Shown here: positions 47,125-61,631 of the stretch, one piece after another
Layout of the letters: every line of letters begins with the position of its first letter
How positions within the stretch are numbered: the first letter of the stretch is position 1
From: Takakia lepidozioides
Lineage: Eukaryota > Plantae > Bryophyta
Length of the DNA stretch: 64,000 bases
Assembly: GCA_030704615.1 (NCBI GenBank)
Contig: CM060731.1
Span: forward strand, 46,438,001 to 46,502,000
Direction: 5' to 3'
The notes under the pieces: model-generated
What the model was told of the DNA's origin: nothing
Database searches by the model: none
Seen by the model: the letters and a program-made list of their open reading frames with translations, nothing else
Position numbers and translations under genes: made by a program

Positions 47125-49539
47125 ATGCCCTTGGGCAGCGATGCCCGTCCAGCTAATTCTTTGAAGGAGTTACAAGAGGTTCGGTTGCTTCATAGCCAGT
47201 ATGGAGAAAATTTCAGTTACCAATCACGACCTGAGAATGAAAGGCTTCAAGAGCTCAAGTGAGTGCTTCTCTGGCCTCCGCTACTTTCGCTATTGGACTT
47301 TTCGATGTACTTGAAATCATCAAAAACATGAAGCGGAGGCGTTCCACTCTTCTCTAACTTATCGCTGTGCGTAACATGTCATATGCAGGGGAGATAAGTT
47401 TGAGGAAGGTCAAATTGTTAAAGTGAGGCACCAGCCTCGTGTTGGGAAGGCATTGTGGGATCAGCCACCACAATGGCTTCGTATTGTGTACTCTGGCAAC
47501 GGTGGTGAGGATTCAACCCCTGAAAAGTATGTGAGAAGGCATTAGGGGTCTCGAATTGTGAATACTGGAATATAGATGAAGAAGCATGTGAGAAATAACT
47601 TCTATGTTTTTGTGTCTCAGGGTTGCACTGGGCCAGACACACACACGGGCACAAGGGTACGTGGTATATCGTGCACATCTCTAGCATTTGGATGCTCTCT
47701 CCACTCTCCCTAAACACACCTTTCTGTGTATTGTAATTTTCTAGTCTTAGGGGTTTTAGTTAAGGAGGAGAGGGTGGCATTGAGAACTTACCTTCAGCAC
47801 AGGTTTTCCTTGTTTTTCCTACCTCTTGAACTCTGCAATGTCAAATGCAATTTGTGTGCTTCACTGTTTGTGTGATGAGCCAATTGGGTATGTTCAGCCT
47901 GGGTTAAATATGGGTGTCCTCTCTCTCTGCTTCTGCTCTATCTGCTCTTGCTGAAAGTACAATCTGATTCATGCACACCTTGGATATGTATTTGTTCCGA
48001 GTACTTCACCAGGGGATCGGTCTTTATTGGAGACTCTTGCAAATGTTGCAACATCCATGCCTTTTCTTTTGATTGGCCTCCAAGCACCGAGGTAGCCTTC
48101 TCATTTTTCTTTATCAAGATCAGATCTCAGAGAATGTAGCCATGTGTTGTTATTGTGACACCTTAGAGTCACGGGAGCAAAAGGCTTCCTCCCAACAACC
48201 GTGGCTTTGCTCTTCTTGCCCCAAAGGACACGAATCATCTGCAATGCATGATAATCCACACTTTCCACTTTGACTGCTCAGAACGTTTTCCAACATGTCT
48301 AAGTAAATTCTCGAGGGCCTCAACATTCTTGACTGAAGTTTGAAGAGGGACTTGAAAGACTTGCCTCTCAAAAGAGCCAAAAATTATTTTTTCAATCGCA
48401 GGAAGAAGCAGGCCACCAAATTGTATGCAAACTCAGTCATTGGAGTAGGGGTGGCTTCAAGTTTGTACCATACCTCCCGAGGGAAGATACGAAGGTACTT
48501 TAGATGGGGCGACTACGCCATGATTGCCACCTCAACCTTGGTATACCCTCTCTTAGTCCCCAAGCCTCTTCCCTTGTCCAAATTGTCTAGATGCTTGTGA
48601 TGGATAACTTGTTCTTCCAGTAATCCAATTTCATTGTCAGATAGAAGTGATGATAGGTTGTATGTTGGAGGGAGGAGAGAGATTTAGTCAATCCTTAGTC
48701 TGATCCCTCTCCCTTGACTAGTAGGGTGAGACTGGAAGTTTCTCTGCTGGTAGAGCTGCATTGAATCTCAAGGTGTGCAGCTGGTTCCATGGCTTCTTTT
48801 AATCCCCTTTGGCCTTGGTTCCAATGGATAATTACTTGGAGGCCACACCCATGCTGCTCAAACAAGGCTTGGCAGTTCTAGGCTTGGAAGTGTCATTGAC
48901 TTGAGAGGTGTGCTAACTTGGATGTCTGCTTTGGGTAGTGTTTGTCGTCGGCATTGAGGACAGAGAAGTACAACCCAAAGGCACTTATGCTGGCTTCAGC
49001 CATGATGATCCCTTTCCAACCGATGCTTGTCACTGCTCTCCATACAGGCCTGATGGAGGTGGTCTCTTCCTCTCTCTCTTGTTTTGGGGGTTCTTCTGGA
49101 GAGCCCCTCTTTCTTTTTTAATGTTTTCTCTTGTCCCATAAGCTCTTTGAGCTTTCTGCAGATGATATAAATATTATCTCGTTCATTTTTCAGTCTGTTT
49201 GTTGCTTTTCAAGGTACATCATGTTCCTGAGAATTTCTAAAACATGTAAAAACAAATAAGGCAAGCTACCACCATAAATCTTCAAGAGGGACCCTTGCAA
49301 CTAGATCTGTTGATGATAGGATACAGCAATGAGGGGTGTGGGGGCAGGCAACATTTGCTATGAAGGTGGCAGAGGAGCCGCGACTGCGGAAGGCCCACAG
49401 CTTGCATACCGTTTCATCCCTCATAGGGGGTGCGCTATTTGTGGCTGATGATGTCTTTCCCAACATGCCCTATGTTCATGCAGCATGGCATGTTGCAGCT
49501 GCCGTAGGAGTAGCTGCACTTAACACTCTCCTAGAGTGA
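47125..49539 (+). CDS. CREST-superfamily (ceramidase-like) membrane protein, multi-exon
   Basis: Exon peptides GVGVASSLYHTSRG..RWGDYAMIA, PFQPMLVTALHTGLME, YVHAAWHVAAAVG (SxxxH / D / HxxxH metal motifs); start codon tentative. Confidence 0.7.
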
Positions 49540-49878
49540 TCACAGAAGGAGGCTACAGTTTTAGGAAACCTCAGACAGGATTTACCAGTTGGGCTTGTCC
49601 AAAACTCATGCCCAGTAGATCCACAATGGCTGCATTGCCTTGTATACTGACAGTAGGAATTTTCGGCCTTGACCATGATGCTCGCTTCCCGTACCCCTGG
49701 GAGGTTAACTCACAACTTGACTATAGATACATTCCTCTCCCATCGTGTGAAACTGACTCCCATCCCTTGGGCCCCCAAAAAATGCAATCACCCATGTACA
49801 GATTATTCATTTATCCACCCAGAGGGCAAGAAAGCTCTCTACATGTGTATAAAATCTGCCAACAAGCTGGGTATTTAA

Positions 49879-50686
49879 CCCTTAAGTTCCCAAGCCCTTT
49901 TTTGACATTTTACCAATTTTGGGTACCCAGCTGCAGTAAATTGCCCCTAGAAACCTACCAAAAATCATCCAGAGATTCCAGCCTTATAGCAATGGGCCCA
50001 GCTCATTTATGCATGACACACCCAAAAATGAGCCAAGTCCACCGTGGAAATTGTGAGATTATAGCGTTGGCCCGGACCTCAAATATCAGGTCCCAAAAAA
50101 AAAGTGAGAAAGAAATTGGTTTGACCAAATCAAAACCTAGCTTTACCCAATTTTGCTTGCCCCCAGACCCACCATTTCCAAATCAGTAGTGGAGTGACTA
50201 TGACCCCACTAAATTGCAGGTCCAACTGATTTTTTCACCTATGGTTGCTATGCATGCAATTACATGGGGGGTTGAAATCTCAAAATTGACAAGAGAAAAT
50301 CTGCCTCCAAATGAAGTACTTTTTTTTCTACAAAATTGTTAAAAGCCAATGGTGGATGTGTGTATGTAATGCTCACACACCACAAGGTGAAATGCTTTTT
50401 TCAAAATTGCTAATTTTCTGCCAAAAATGGTCTGTGGAGTGCAATCTGTTTTGGGCTTGTTTACTACCACGTCAGTGGTCAACAAGCCCTTTTCAGGCCC
50501 CAAAACGTAGATGAGAGATCTAAGACATTTTTTGTAGGTAGGAGCTTTTGTTTTTTTCATCATACTCACGACAAATCCCTTGTCATTAAAGCTTCAGAAG
50601 TGGGCCCCATCAGATTAGAACTGCAAAAATTAGGTGGAACTGCATATTCAAAGTGACCCGATTCAAGTAGCTTGGGAACTTAAGGG
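49879..50686. mobile_element. Non-autonomous piggyBac-like element (808 bp)
   Basis: TTAA|CCCTTAAGTTCCCAAGC ... GCTTGGGAACTTAAGGG|TTAA: perfect 17-bp TIR, CCC ends, TTAA on both sides. Confidence 0.75.
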
Positions 50687-52335
50687 TTAACAGGCTTCCA
50701 TTCTCTCCAAAGTATCTATATTGATGCTGACCAATTAGAGTATGTCATTCATTTTCAAGTCGCAACATTACCTGTTGTTTACTATTCAAATCAGGGTTTT
50801 CTGTTTCAAATAGGCTAGGTAGCCCATGTGGTGACTTCATTTTACAACAACATGCTCCTATTGCCAGACAAATCATATGGACGTAAAATTCATTGGTTAC
50901 ATCACCTTGAAAAAAATCGAAATCTGCCAACATGTCACAATTGTTAAGCTAAGTTCTTGCTTACAATGCAACCAATGACAATGCATTCTTCTACTTCGTA
51001 ATTAGACACAATTATTTTAGGTAGACGCAATGGAAATTTTCGGGAGACCTAAAATATGACATTTTCTTGTGATATGGGATCTATGCACGTAGGTTCCACA
51101 TTGAGAACATCCATTGCTAACAACTCTTCACTAGTTCTGTCGTGAAGGATGAACCATTTTGGGGAAGGGGTATCTGTGGTTAGATGTGTAGAAATCACCG
51201 TCACTATGCTCATGCACATGATGATATCAGGAGGGTGAGAGTCATCGTCCAGGACTCAGACAGTGACTTGTGCACTATGCCACTCATTGATCAACTACAA
51301 TAAGGGACTGCTATCCCATTCAATCATATTAAATACAAGGTATGAGTGAAGCTGTTGGAGAACCATGTGTGTAGACAAGGGTTGAGATGATACATCACTT
51401 CGCACAACATGGTCCAGTGGACATGGAGGTAAATTAACTCTTTGATGGCATATGGTATTTGGTTCCAAGACAACGAATTCCCAAAAACATCTTCATTAGG
51501 CATATGACCTCCATTGCTAGCAAGTGGGATCACCTTCTCTTCAACCATCTAGCACACGCTAAGCAATGGTGGCATGGCATGGAATCTTGTACCCAAAAGA
51601 TAGTTTACCTTCCATTCGTTCGAAAGACTCCCGACAAACATCCCTGAAGTCCTTAGGCAAGAATTGCCTCATTTCCCTATCCATCCAGCTTCGTCTGAGA
51701 TTGTTGGCACCTGATTCCTGCCCTTCGGCCTCTGCAAATGTTCATACTTTAAGACTTGGCTGCCTAATTGAACATCGAAGATTACTATCAACATTTGTAC
51801 AGAAGAAAGAAAAGAAAAGAATTGCTCTTCAGACCCACCACACAATTCTCATAGACTTGATGCAGCTTGGAGAACATAGGCAGCCTTAGATGTGTTTAAC
51901 TTGGGTAGTTCGGATTCACCTGCTGAAGTATCCTCCTTTTAGCAGGAACAGTCACTAGTCGAAAGGTGGCCCATCGATGTTCGAATCATTGATATCATAA
52001 CTTCACGTCCTGGTCGCCCTGAGGATATCAGGCCTGGCAGAGGCGAAGAACAAAGAAACAGATAGTCCGTAAACAAACCTGGAATAAACCTACACAACTC
52101 ATGGATGTAACTAGATTGACAGCTTACCTTGTCCCCAAAGTTGGATGATCCATTGACATAACCTTATCATTCAAGAGCATCAATGAGACCTCCTTTCTGC
52201 TGTCTTTGGAAGTGCATTCGTTTGAGATAACCAACCCACCTGAGGGTGATCCAACCCATCCAATCAATTGCCATTGCCTGCATGAAGGGGCCTGTTCCTG
52301 TGCTTCCACACTCGGTCTACTGCATGAGCACTCTG

Positions 52336-54428
52336 CTATTTGCCATCATTATAATCGTCATCTGAGAACCACCAATGATCTTCAAGTATGGCCCTCTTCC
52401 TTGGTGCCACATCAGTGGCATCCCATAGCGAATCCTCCTCTTCCTCCTCCTCTGAAGAATCCGTGTCACCAATCTCCCCATTCTCTTGAAAGCCGCCACC
52501 CATGCTTCTCTCGTAGCGATCTTCCAAGTACTCTCTGACCATTCCCTCCTCACTGGACCACTGCCCAAAGACCTCATTGGCCCTGGCCAGAGCAATTCCA
52601 GAGGCAACATCTTGCCAGGAAAACCTGATGTCAGCAAACCTACTGAGGGTGACTGTGTCGCCAACCACAACCGTGTGCAAATGGCTTGATTGCGCCTTCT
52701 GCAACGTGCTGGAGAAGTCAGAATCATCCGAGACAAGACAAATACATCGAATACCTTGTTTGATCGATTTTGATATATGAAGCTTCAGAGCTTCGTCTGC
52801 AGCCTGAGGCCTGTCACCCACCGTTCTCACATACACACCTGCTCTTTTCAGTTCTGATGCAAGCCCATACCCCACTTTGGGCACTAAGACCTCTCGCGCC
52901 GCATTCCTGTACCTGGGGCCCACACACACGGATTGTCATTGCAAGGTAAATTGACATGGGGCTGATAACTAAGGTAGCTTTTCCAAATGGATTGCACCTA
53001 CATCAGTAACCCTCGTCTCTGTTTCTCATAGTAACCCTATGACGCTCTCATCCCTGTACCCCTCCTTCTCCTTGTGGGCTCTACACACATGCCTATTACA
53101 CCTCTTGCCTTAGTATTCATCTTGCCTCTCTCCTTATGTATGTCCACCTTCCATGCTCTATTATCCCTTCATTTGTCTGCACATGTCTAACTCTCTCCAT
53201 AAACGTCTCTTGAGAACTTGTCCCCAAGCACTGTTGGAAAGTTCATAGACATCAAAATATTGAGGTAGTATGGTCAGTCGATAGCTGCTACTGGAACTGA
53301 CAAATAAAAAAAGCAACAATCCAGAGGACGTACCTTTCTTCCTTCTCAGCCAGGCTGGCCTTGTACTTCAACCGCCGATTTCCCTTCAAGGAATCCATTC
53401 TGTTCAGGCGCTTATTACGTTCCCTCTGATGCAGTTGGACAAAGTGCTTCTTCAACTTCTCATTAGTCCGACACTTGCGCCCACAGTAGCCACAAACATA
53501 CGGCTCCTCTGGCTACATCCAAGCATTCAAATCAAAAGTTGTCATTCCATATGAGCTTTGTTGAGTTCTGACACCACCATCTGGCAGAAAAAGTTAAATA
53601 GGAGTAAATAAGACCTAGAACAGCGCCCTAGAAACAATGTCTTTATACTGGAATCCTACTGTATGGCCCCAATGAACCAATTCTTTATCGTACATGAGAT
53701 CATGAATGCTTTTTGTGAAGAAAGACTGCTAGGACCAGAGGACTTTTGGCCCATCGCTGGCATCAGTTTTGAATCCAAATGAATTACTGCTCAGCCACGG
53801 AAATGATTAGGGTTTCGTTGCAAAATACGTGCAGCCGATCACAGAGCTCATTACAACTCTAGAGTTGAAGACTCGTCAATTTTGGGTTTTCAGAGGACTT
53901 GCAAACCGTGGCCAGCAGTCTGTCCTTGTTAGGAGAACCTACATTGATAGACTCCGAAAATTTTGAAGAAAAACTCACACTTGTGTTTGATTTATCACCC
54001 AAGGAGGCCCGAGTAAGAAAAGCACGCACCTTCACGACCCCTGCCTCCTCCAACGTGTCAAGCATTTTTCTATCCCTTCTACTCTGTTTCACCCAATAAG
54101 GCAAGTGAGAAAATGCATGGCGATTTGCATACGCCACCATCTCTACCACCTCGCCAAACCCTGCCGCCATGTCTTTGAGCCGAAGGGCAGCTTCGTAGGG
54201 AGGCACATGCCTGGGTGGCTTGTTGTCTAGATCCCAGAAGACCGCCACCTTTGGGTTGCCCAGCTCCTGTACCTCTGCTGTTGTAGGCGTTGGCGAAGTT
54301 GCGGGAGATGGTAGCGGCGCTGCGTCGCAGAAGAAACGAGGAGGAATCGGAGCACGAGCACAAAGGTATTGTGGAAGAATCAGAAGCTCGGAGATCAGCC
54401 TTTTCTGCAGCAGTCCGTGGCGCACCAT
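52336..54428 (-). CDS. NYN-domain / C2H2 zinc-finger protein, 3 exons, organelle-type N-terminus
   Basis: VAVFWDLDNKPP, YANRHAF, YVCGYCGRKC..KHFVQLHQRE, GYGLASELKRAG, CLVSDDSDF. Confidence 0.82.
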
Positions 54429-54758
54429 GATGGGGCAAACAAAGAGTCACGGACGTAAACTATGCACACTGCAAGCTTCTGGGCTATGCCCTTTAAAACC
54501 CTTCCCCCCCTTTATTTGAATAAAATGGACGATTTTGTTTTATGATGGAATTCAACCTAGTTGGTGTAACTTAGCAGTAGGTAATCAAGCAAGCAATCAA
54601 GCGTTTATACTTTATACGCATAACGACCTACCTTCTGACTTTACATGTAGAAGTACATACGTAAGTAGTGTGCAATTGTGGAGTTCTTCTCATATTTTGC
54701 CATCTTAAGAGTAGACTGCATCCTATCCTCAGTACCATTGGGCGAAGAGATGTTAGTG

Positions 54759-57700
54759 TCAAGGATCCAGCAACCCATCCAGGGATGCCTTGATCAAAGA
54801 GCGCAGCACGGATGGCTTCTGCCACCCAAATATACATCGGCAAATCTGGAGAGTCTTCTCTTCTGCAAGTTTGAACGCTGGCGACTTGTTCCCACTAAGT
54901 TTCCTATGCTCTTCGGTCAGCAAGGCTGCGGTTTTCAATGTTTGAGAGTTCCCTGGGTTCACTAACATCATGGCCTCAAGGAGAGTCTGAATGGACAAAA
55001 TCCGGGTCTGAGGAGGTCGGTGAGCAACCATGGATTGGTGGCCTGCCAGGTAGGCGATTGCGTATGAGGCATGGATCCAGTGGTTTTCCATTGGATCTAA
55101 TTGCATGTCCTGCCAGCAAGGAAGAGAGACACATTGTCAGACGGAAAGGAACAGCTTGACAGATTAGTTACTAGAGTAGTAACTCCTTGTGCAGGGCTGA
55201 ATTTGTTGTTTAGATTCACATTTGACATGTCGTCAATTTGTATTCTACTGGCAAATGTGTGTGGACTAAACTACATGACAAAGAGAAAGAAGGAAATGTC
55301 CGAGAGAGAGAGAGAGAGAGAATGTACTCATGCGACGTTGTTTGCCCGTAGCCTTGTGGCCATAGACCCTGCGCGCGCAGTTTGGGCGGAACAAGAGGAA
55401 ACAGACACACTCCAGTGGTCGGACTTACCTTGATATAAACAATTAGTTTGGGCTTTCCAGATTTCCTCTAGAAAGCCCTTCACACAAGCATCAATCTGCT
55501 GTGTGTGAGCTACCCAGCAATTAGATCCCAACAGGGCCAGGGCTTGAGGCTCAGGCTCGAGCTTTTGAAGTTGGCGTATAGAGGTGCAGGGACTATGTGC
55601 TTGATGGTCCTGAAGATGGTCACTCTCTGATGAAAATACCCCGGACAGTGCCAATCTCCCTTTCCTCTCTGTATCTGTTTCTTGTTCAAGGGTAGACTCC
55701 CTGCCTTCAGTTTGAATTGCAGTCTAGTGCCAAGGGTACGTAGGGCCTTCAGGTCATCCTTAAGGTCCTCACCCATGTCACAAACTGGAAACAAGTTCAG
55801 GGACATTTTATGAGAGAGAGAGAGAGATAGAGAAGTCTAGATTGCAGTCTGGAGCTGAGGAACAGAGGGCAAAGGGTTGCAACTAACATAGACCTGGTGG
55901 CAAGCAGAGCAAGACATCTGACTACTGTTGAACACAAAGGTGAGGCAAAATCTGTCGCGGAAGTTCTGAAGCTGACACAGATCGATTACCTGATCGATTT
56001 TTTCAAGCATTCTCTGTATATTGTGGGCGAGGGAGACAAATGGAGCTGACTGAGCAACAAATTTGTTTTCCAAGAAGGATGGAGCTATGCATGCTGGGGC
56101 TGCCATTCTTGCTTGCATTGCTTGCTCCTCGAGTTCTGTGTAAGTTGTGTACACCTGCCATGACATGAATATCCCTTCAACCGTTGGTATGAAGATTTCA
56201 TTTAATACATGCTTGTTCAGTCTTTAAACCTGATTCATGGGTATAGGAACTGCAAGCAAGGACATTTTTCCAAAAGTTCGGAATGAGGAACTAACACAGT
56301 GCCCATATTCATCAACAATTATAGTTGCAAGTTCATCCACATTGAAAGCACTGATGAAGATGTTCGGTCTATAGGTATACGTGTTCATAGTGTAATGTAT
56401 TCCTCAGTAGTATTAGTCTTAAAATGAGCATGAGATGGATCAAACAATCCGTATACTAAGACAGGATTACTCATGGATGCTGTCACTATTGACACGAAAT
56501 ACGGTAGATCATGAATTGACGTGTCATAGATCTGACTCACGGATATGGTGAATTGTGGTCACCTTGGCTAGATTTGGCTGCATGCCTTCCTCCAGAAGGC
56601 AGCGAGAGCACTTGCACTGGAAGCCCCAACCCTTCACACCTTTGTTCTTCCGCTGTTGAAGGGGACACAAAATATCAAAGTAGGGCAAGCACACCTCTTC
56701 TCCGACATCCATATCTCTGGAGGCATAGATAAGCATCGCGTCTCCCACATGCACACGCGAGGCATTCGCCAGGCATGAGTGGTTAATGAAAGAGGGGAGT
56801 GCCCATAGACCTGAGCATGAGCCCTTTAAGCAACTTGAAGAAGGAATAGCACTTTCTGTCCCAGCAAATTGAGCTCTCTTTCTGTTTTTGCCTATAGATC
56901 CATCCTCATCAAAGGCATTCAATTGAACAATTTGCCTGATTCTGGTGATGTCAGGCTGCAGGTTGTTGGATCCCGGCAAAATTCCATATCCAGGAGCAAT
57001 GGTGCCATTGGGACTGGGCAGATGGGTAGCACACCCAGCGTGAGCAGGAGTGAAAACCAGCCCAGAATTTCCAGTGCTGCTTCTGCAGCCATCCCCCCTA
57101 ATTTCACCATCAGACTGAGATTTGGTATGTACTGTGCTGCATGACTTAGTGCTATATTCCCAATCAGAAGTGCTGAAGTTACTATCAATGGTTGACTTTG
57201 CAACCCTTGGTTCTGATCCAAAGCTATCTGCAGAGGACTTGGGCAAACTCCAAGAACAGATGTGCCGAGTGTTAGTGTTGTCACTTGATGTTGCAGTAAA
57301 GGGTGGTGATGTACGCGTGCTCAGCTTACTCCAACTGCCAGACCTAAGGAATGCTGCTGGTGACACAACAGACTTGATGGGAGCAGATACTCCGACCAAT
57401 GCTCTGTCAGAAATATCAATTATGGCTGGGGTCAACATGGGGTTAGAATTTGAGTTAGATCCAGCAAGGCCATAATCAGGACAAGAGTTACAAGGGGTGA
57501 AAAGCTCCATCGAGGGTGTCTTCATGTGACTCTCCAAGCTCCCATCATAGAGACTGTAAAGTTGCAGGAGTGCCTTGGGGCAGGAACTTGCCAGCTGACA
57601 AAGCTGGGTGACCAAATCTTCTTGAGAAGCATCGTTCATCTTCTGGGTCGCAGGGTCCAAGTGAAACTCGATGCTACCACCGTGCACTCGTGCAACTGCG

Positions 57701-60700
57701 AGGGCATTGCTTACTAGCAAGAGCTCACCAGCTTCTACGGCCCGGCTGAGGAAGATACCGCGCCCTAGGCCACAAGGAGGGGAGAAGGTTGATTGAGGGT
57801 GACTTTTAACTTGAGATTGCAGCTGCTGGATTTCAATTGGCCCAACAAAATCAGCGCAAGGGGGTGCCTGACCTGAAAAATTGCTGAGGTAGTACCTGAA
57901 CCACAGAAAAATACTTCTCAAATTGGCCAACTAAACATTTTCTGCTCAAGTAATTGGCCATCCATCACACAGGATTGAAGTGACCAGCATGTACAGATCT
58001 AGAAAATGAGATCCAAACTCCAAGTATCCCTGAGTTAGGATTTCCAATTTTACACTTTTTTTGTACAGCTTGTCGTCATTCCTTGTTTCTGAAATCTTGG
58101 GTAAGTTCAGGTTGTGAGGAATAGAAGGATTACCTTGATCACATTTGGTTCTCTTGGTAAAGTCACATACGTGGTAGAAATTCCGTTCAGAGAAAAACAT
58201 TCTCATGGTTCACACAGTAAGGTATATGTAACAGTACGCACCTGGACAAATCATCGTGATGGACGTCATTCCAGCTTTGCAGTTCACTAGACAAGCATTC
58301 CTTGAGAGATATTTGGAGGTCAGTGTCATTGGGAGAAAAGCAGACTGCTGTTTGAAGGCATACCACGGCCTGTGCATACTGCTCAAGCCCCTGCAGTGCC
58401 CGCCCCTTTCTAAATAAACTCTTCACGTGGGTGGGATCCAATGATATAGCTTTCTCTGCATCATTAAGAGCTAGTTCATACTCCTGCAAACGCAGATATG
58501 CCTCAGATCGATTGGAGTAAGCTGACAGCAGGGCAGCCATTGTTTGCGTCCTGTCTCTCTGAACTGAACCAGGGCTTAACAGTGCAGCACTATGACTTGC
58601 TGAATCACAGCTGCCTGAATGTACACATTGTCCAATCCTTGTTGTCGATTTCTTGCCTTGCTTGCTTGTGGTTTCTGCCAATTCAGACATAGGCACTTGT
58701 CCCATAGACTGTAGCCTTTCTGTTGACGGGGTATTTTTCTGAGAGTTCCCTTGGCCTCCCTTTGGGTTTGAATTTGCCAAACACCTCTTTGATAGTGTCA
58801 AACTATGAGAACAATCTGAGAATATGGGGGAGATGGTGCCAACTCCATATTGGATCAACATTGGAGAAGGAATGGGACCATTGCACAGGATGGTTGATAC
58901 CCCACGAATGCTTTCGGAGTAGAGATCAATGGCCCCTGCCCAATTGTGCTTCTTAAATTGTCTATTCCCCTCCGCACGAAGTGTATCATAGTCAAGTGGA
59001 GTACCTGATGGCAAGTTTCTGGCAGGGAGGTGGCCTTTTGGGGGGGAGGGCCAGGTATCCCGTACGGGAGTATCACAATGTTGGTAGTTGGAATATCTTG
59101 TGTTAGTATTGGCCGCAACTCCTTGCGGAGACATGAAGATTATGTCACCTGGATTATTAACACGGAGCCCAACAGTGTGGTCATTGTATCGCTTGAAATA
59201 GGGTTCCTTAATAGCAACTCTCTGCCCCTCTGGAAACTGTTCCTGTGAAAACATTTCAAAGTAAACTGGTTAATTTAGTACCTGCAGAGTGCCAGGCACC
59301 ACCTAAGATCTTTGATTTCTTCTAGAAATGAAACTGTTGTGGTGGTTGTTGATTTGATCACATTGTGAACAACTTCAAAATGATTGCCCAGACAAAGCTG
59401 AACAGTTGTTGGAATGAAAAAAAAATTGCTGAGGCAGAATGTGATATGGAAGGCATATACTGGAGTTACCTGGACTTGTGCAATTGTGGAGGTTGAGCGC
59501 GTGGCATTGTAGAGAGCAAGTTTCACAGTATGGCCACTACCATCCTCTAACAGCGTCATCACTGCCGTCATTTTGAATGCCTTAGCACACAATGTTCCAT
59601 ACAACACAAATCCATGGTGATGCCTGCCGAGCTGCAACTCCAGCAAGCTTATTGGACTTAACACTGCTAACGGAGTGGGCGGTCGGGGGGGCATCTCCAC
59701 GACTGATGGCATCACCTGAGTGTAACAAACAAGAAAATCCAAAGTTCATACTCTGTTCGAGAACTAGGGTCAAATTCAAATAATGTTAACTGTAATAGTC
59801 TGTCCTGTTGTTAGAATTCAATTAGTCTGTTTACGCATCTTTTAGTGATGGATCAGTTTCCTGAGTTGATAGAAACTTCTGAGACGCTAAGAGCGAAACT
59901 CTCTGCAGTTGTCTCATTAGCTACTATAGATGTGAATCTGGTGGATGCTTATGAGTTCCCATCCTGACTTCTGTACATGTATCGGGCAAGTACTATAGAA
60001 TTTAACAAGAGCTGAAAACTACTGTAAGGTTTGATATTCAGAATCGATCATTGTACTTTCACGCACAGTCCATGCCCCTTCAATTGTTCCTTCTCTGTCC
60101 GCACTGCGGTACAAATCGCAGCTCCATGAGCGGCCAGCAGCCCTGTTTTGTCAAAGGCCTCGGAGGCCAGGATAGAACGAAGGTGAGAGGCCGCATTAGT
60201 GCTCGTGAAGTCTTTTAAAGTAGCTGAACATATAATTTTCTCAGGGTATAGCTGAGGCACCTGCAATAAACAGCAATCTTGTTCAAAACATTTTATAAAA
60301 CAGTTGGAATTATAATATATAAACAGAATCTAATTAAGAAGAAAGTGATGTGATTGTCCACATAGTTCGTAGATCTAAAAGATAAAACCCTAAAAATTGC
60401 TTCAAGATCAACCGGAGACTTTAGGGACAACTGTCGGGTGGTACATGAATTCTCTATCTATTGTCAAATTAGATTCAAACTGGTAGAGCACAATAGCCCG
60501 AATTTGTGGTTAATAGCAAAAACAAGAGTACTGCCGACTAGCTCACTGTGTGCTGTATGCATTTAGCACTGTTTACTGCTTCCTCTTGCCTGCTTTCTTA
60601 AGATTGAATGGTTCACAGTCCGGACGGCAAAATATCTAGAAAGATGCCGGCAGTGACAGTGCTTCACGAATATGTCATCTTCTGGTTTGAATTATAAACT

Positions 60701-61357
60701 TATCTAAACTTTCAGGCTGTAACTAGTTACAGCAGACTCTCGTGGAGAATTCACGACATCTGTTTGTTCGACAGTAGTGGACGATCATAAATTAAGATGA
60801 GATTCGGATTTGAAGAAAAATGCTAGAAATCTTGATCAACTGTGTTGAACTGAATTGGAGATGAGAGCTCTCACACGTGGAGTATTCAATCCTCTTCTAA
60901 AACAGAGACAATATGTCTGTGCTAAGCGTTTAATTAATCTCCCTTAACAATGCCCATTTTATAGATGTCAGTTTTTACGTGCATAACGTTAAAACATGTA
61001 CATCTGGACATCAAATACGTAGACTGGTGCCCAGCTAATCCTCAGGATCACAACGTCAATGCATACGCCCCACTGACAAGGACGAGACTTGTCTTCGACC
61101 TGGAGGGCCTTCTAATCAGTTCAATTTCAGGCTGCAATGCAAATGAACCTCTGGGAGGAAACGCTCGCTCTAATTGCGAACGTACTACCGGACCTTTTCG
61201 ATCCTCTATAAAACATTCGTAGATATTCGCAAGAAACTCTCCTTGCCTGTGAGAATTGAAGTTGATAGGGGAATAAATAACTTACCTCCATCATCCCCAT
61301 CATCAAATCTTCCACTTCCTCCATAATTGTCGATCGATCAAGAACCGCACTGTCCAC
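54759..61357 (-). CDS. TPR + SET domain protein, multi-exon (boundaries approximate)
   Basis: IKEPYFK..LRVNNPGD, LRAEGNRQF..YSNRSEAYLRL..KSLFRKGRAL (TPR), GRGIF, GLWALPSFINHSCLAN, PYFD, WGFQCKCSRC. Confidence 0.8.
55302..55830 (-). repeat. Second copy of the (TC)n-associated repeat, flanked by GA repeats on both sides
   Basis: Similar to 4925-5260; GA runs at 55302-55320 and ~55812-55830. Confidence 0.6.
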
Positions 61358-61631
61358 CTGGCCAGCGCCAAAAGCTCGCTAAGCTGCTCGAAATGTGACC
61401 AAAACACCGGATACCGCGTATGACTATCCACTCGGACTGGGGTCAACAGGCTGCACTCTTCACCTCCATCATCAAATTCTCCAGTTCCTCCATGATTGTC
61501 GATAGATTGACCAACAACCCCGCTGTCCAGCACCAAAGGCGCCAAACTCCTTGAAATGTGCGCAAAACACCGGATACCACCTCAGCTCTGCTATGATTAT
61601 CACTCCTGGTGTCAACAGGCTGCACTCTTCA
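61284..61631. repeat. Two diverged ~175-bp tandem copies
   Basis: Both units end GGTCAACAGGCTGCACTCTTC-like and contain CAAAACACCGGATACC. Confidence 0.65.
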
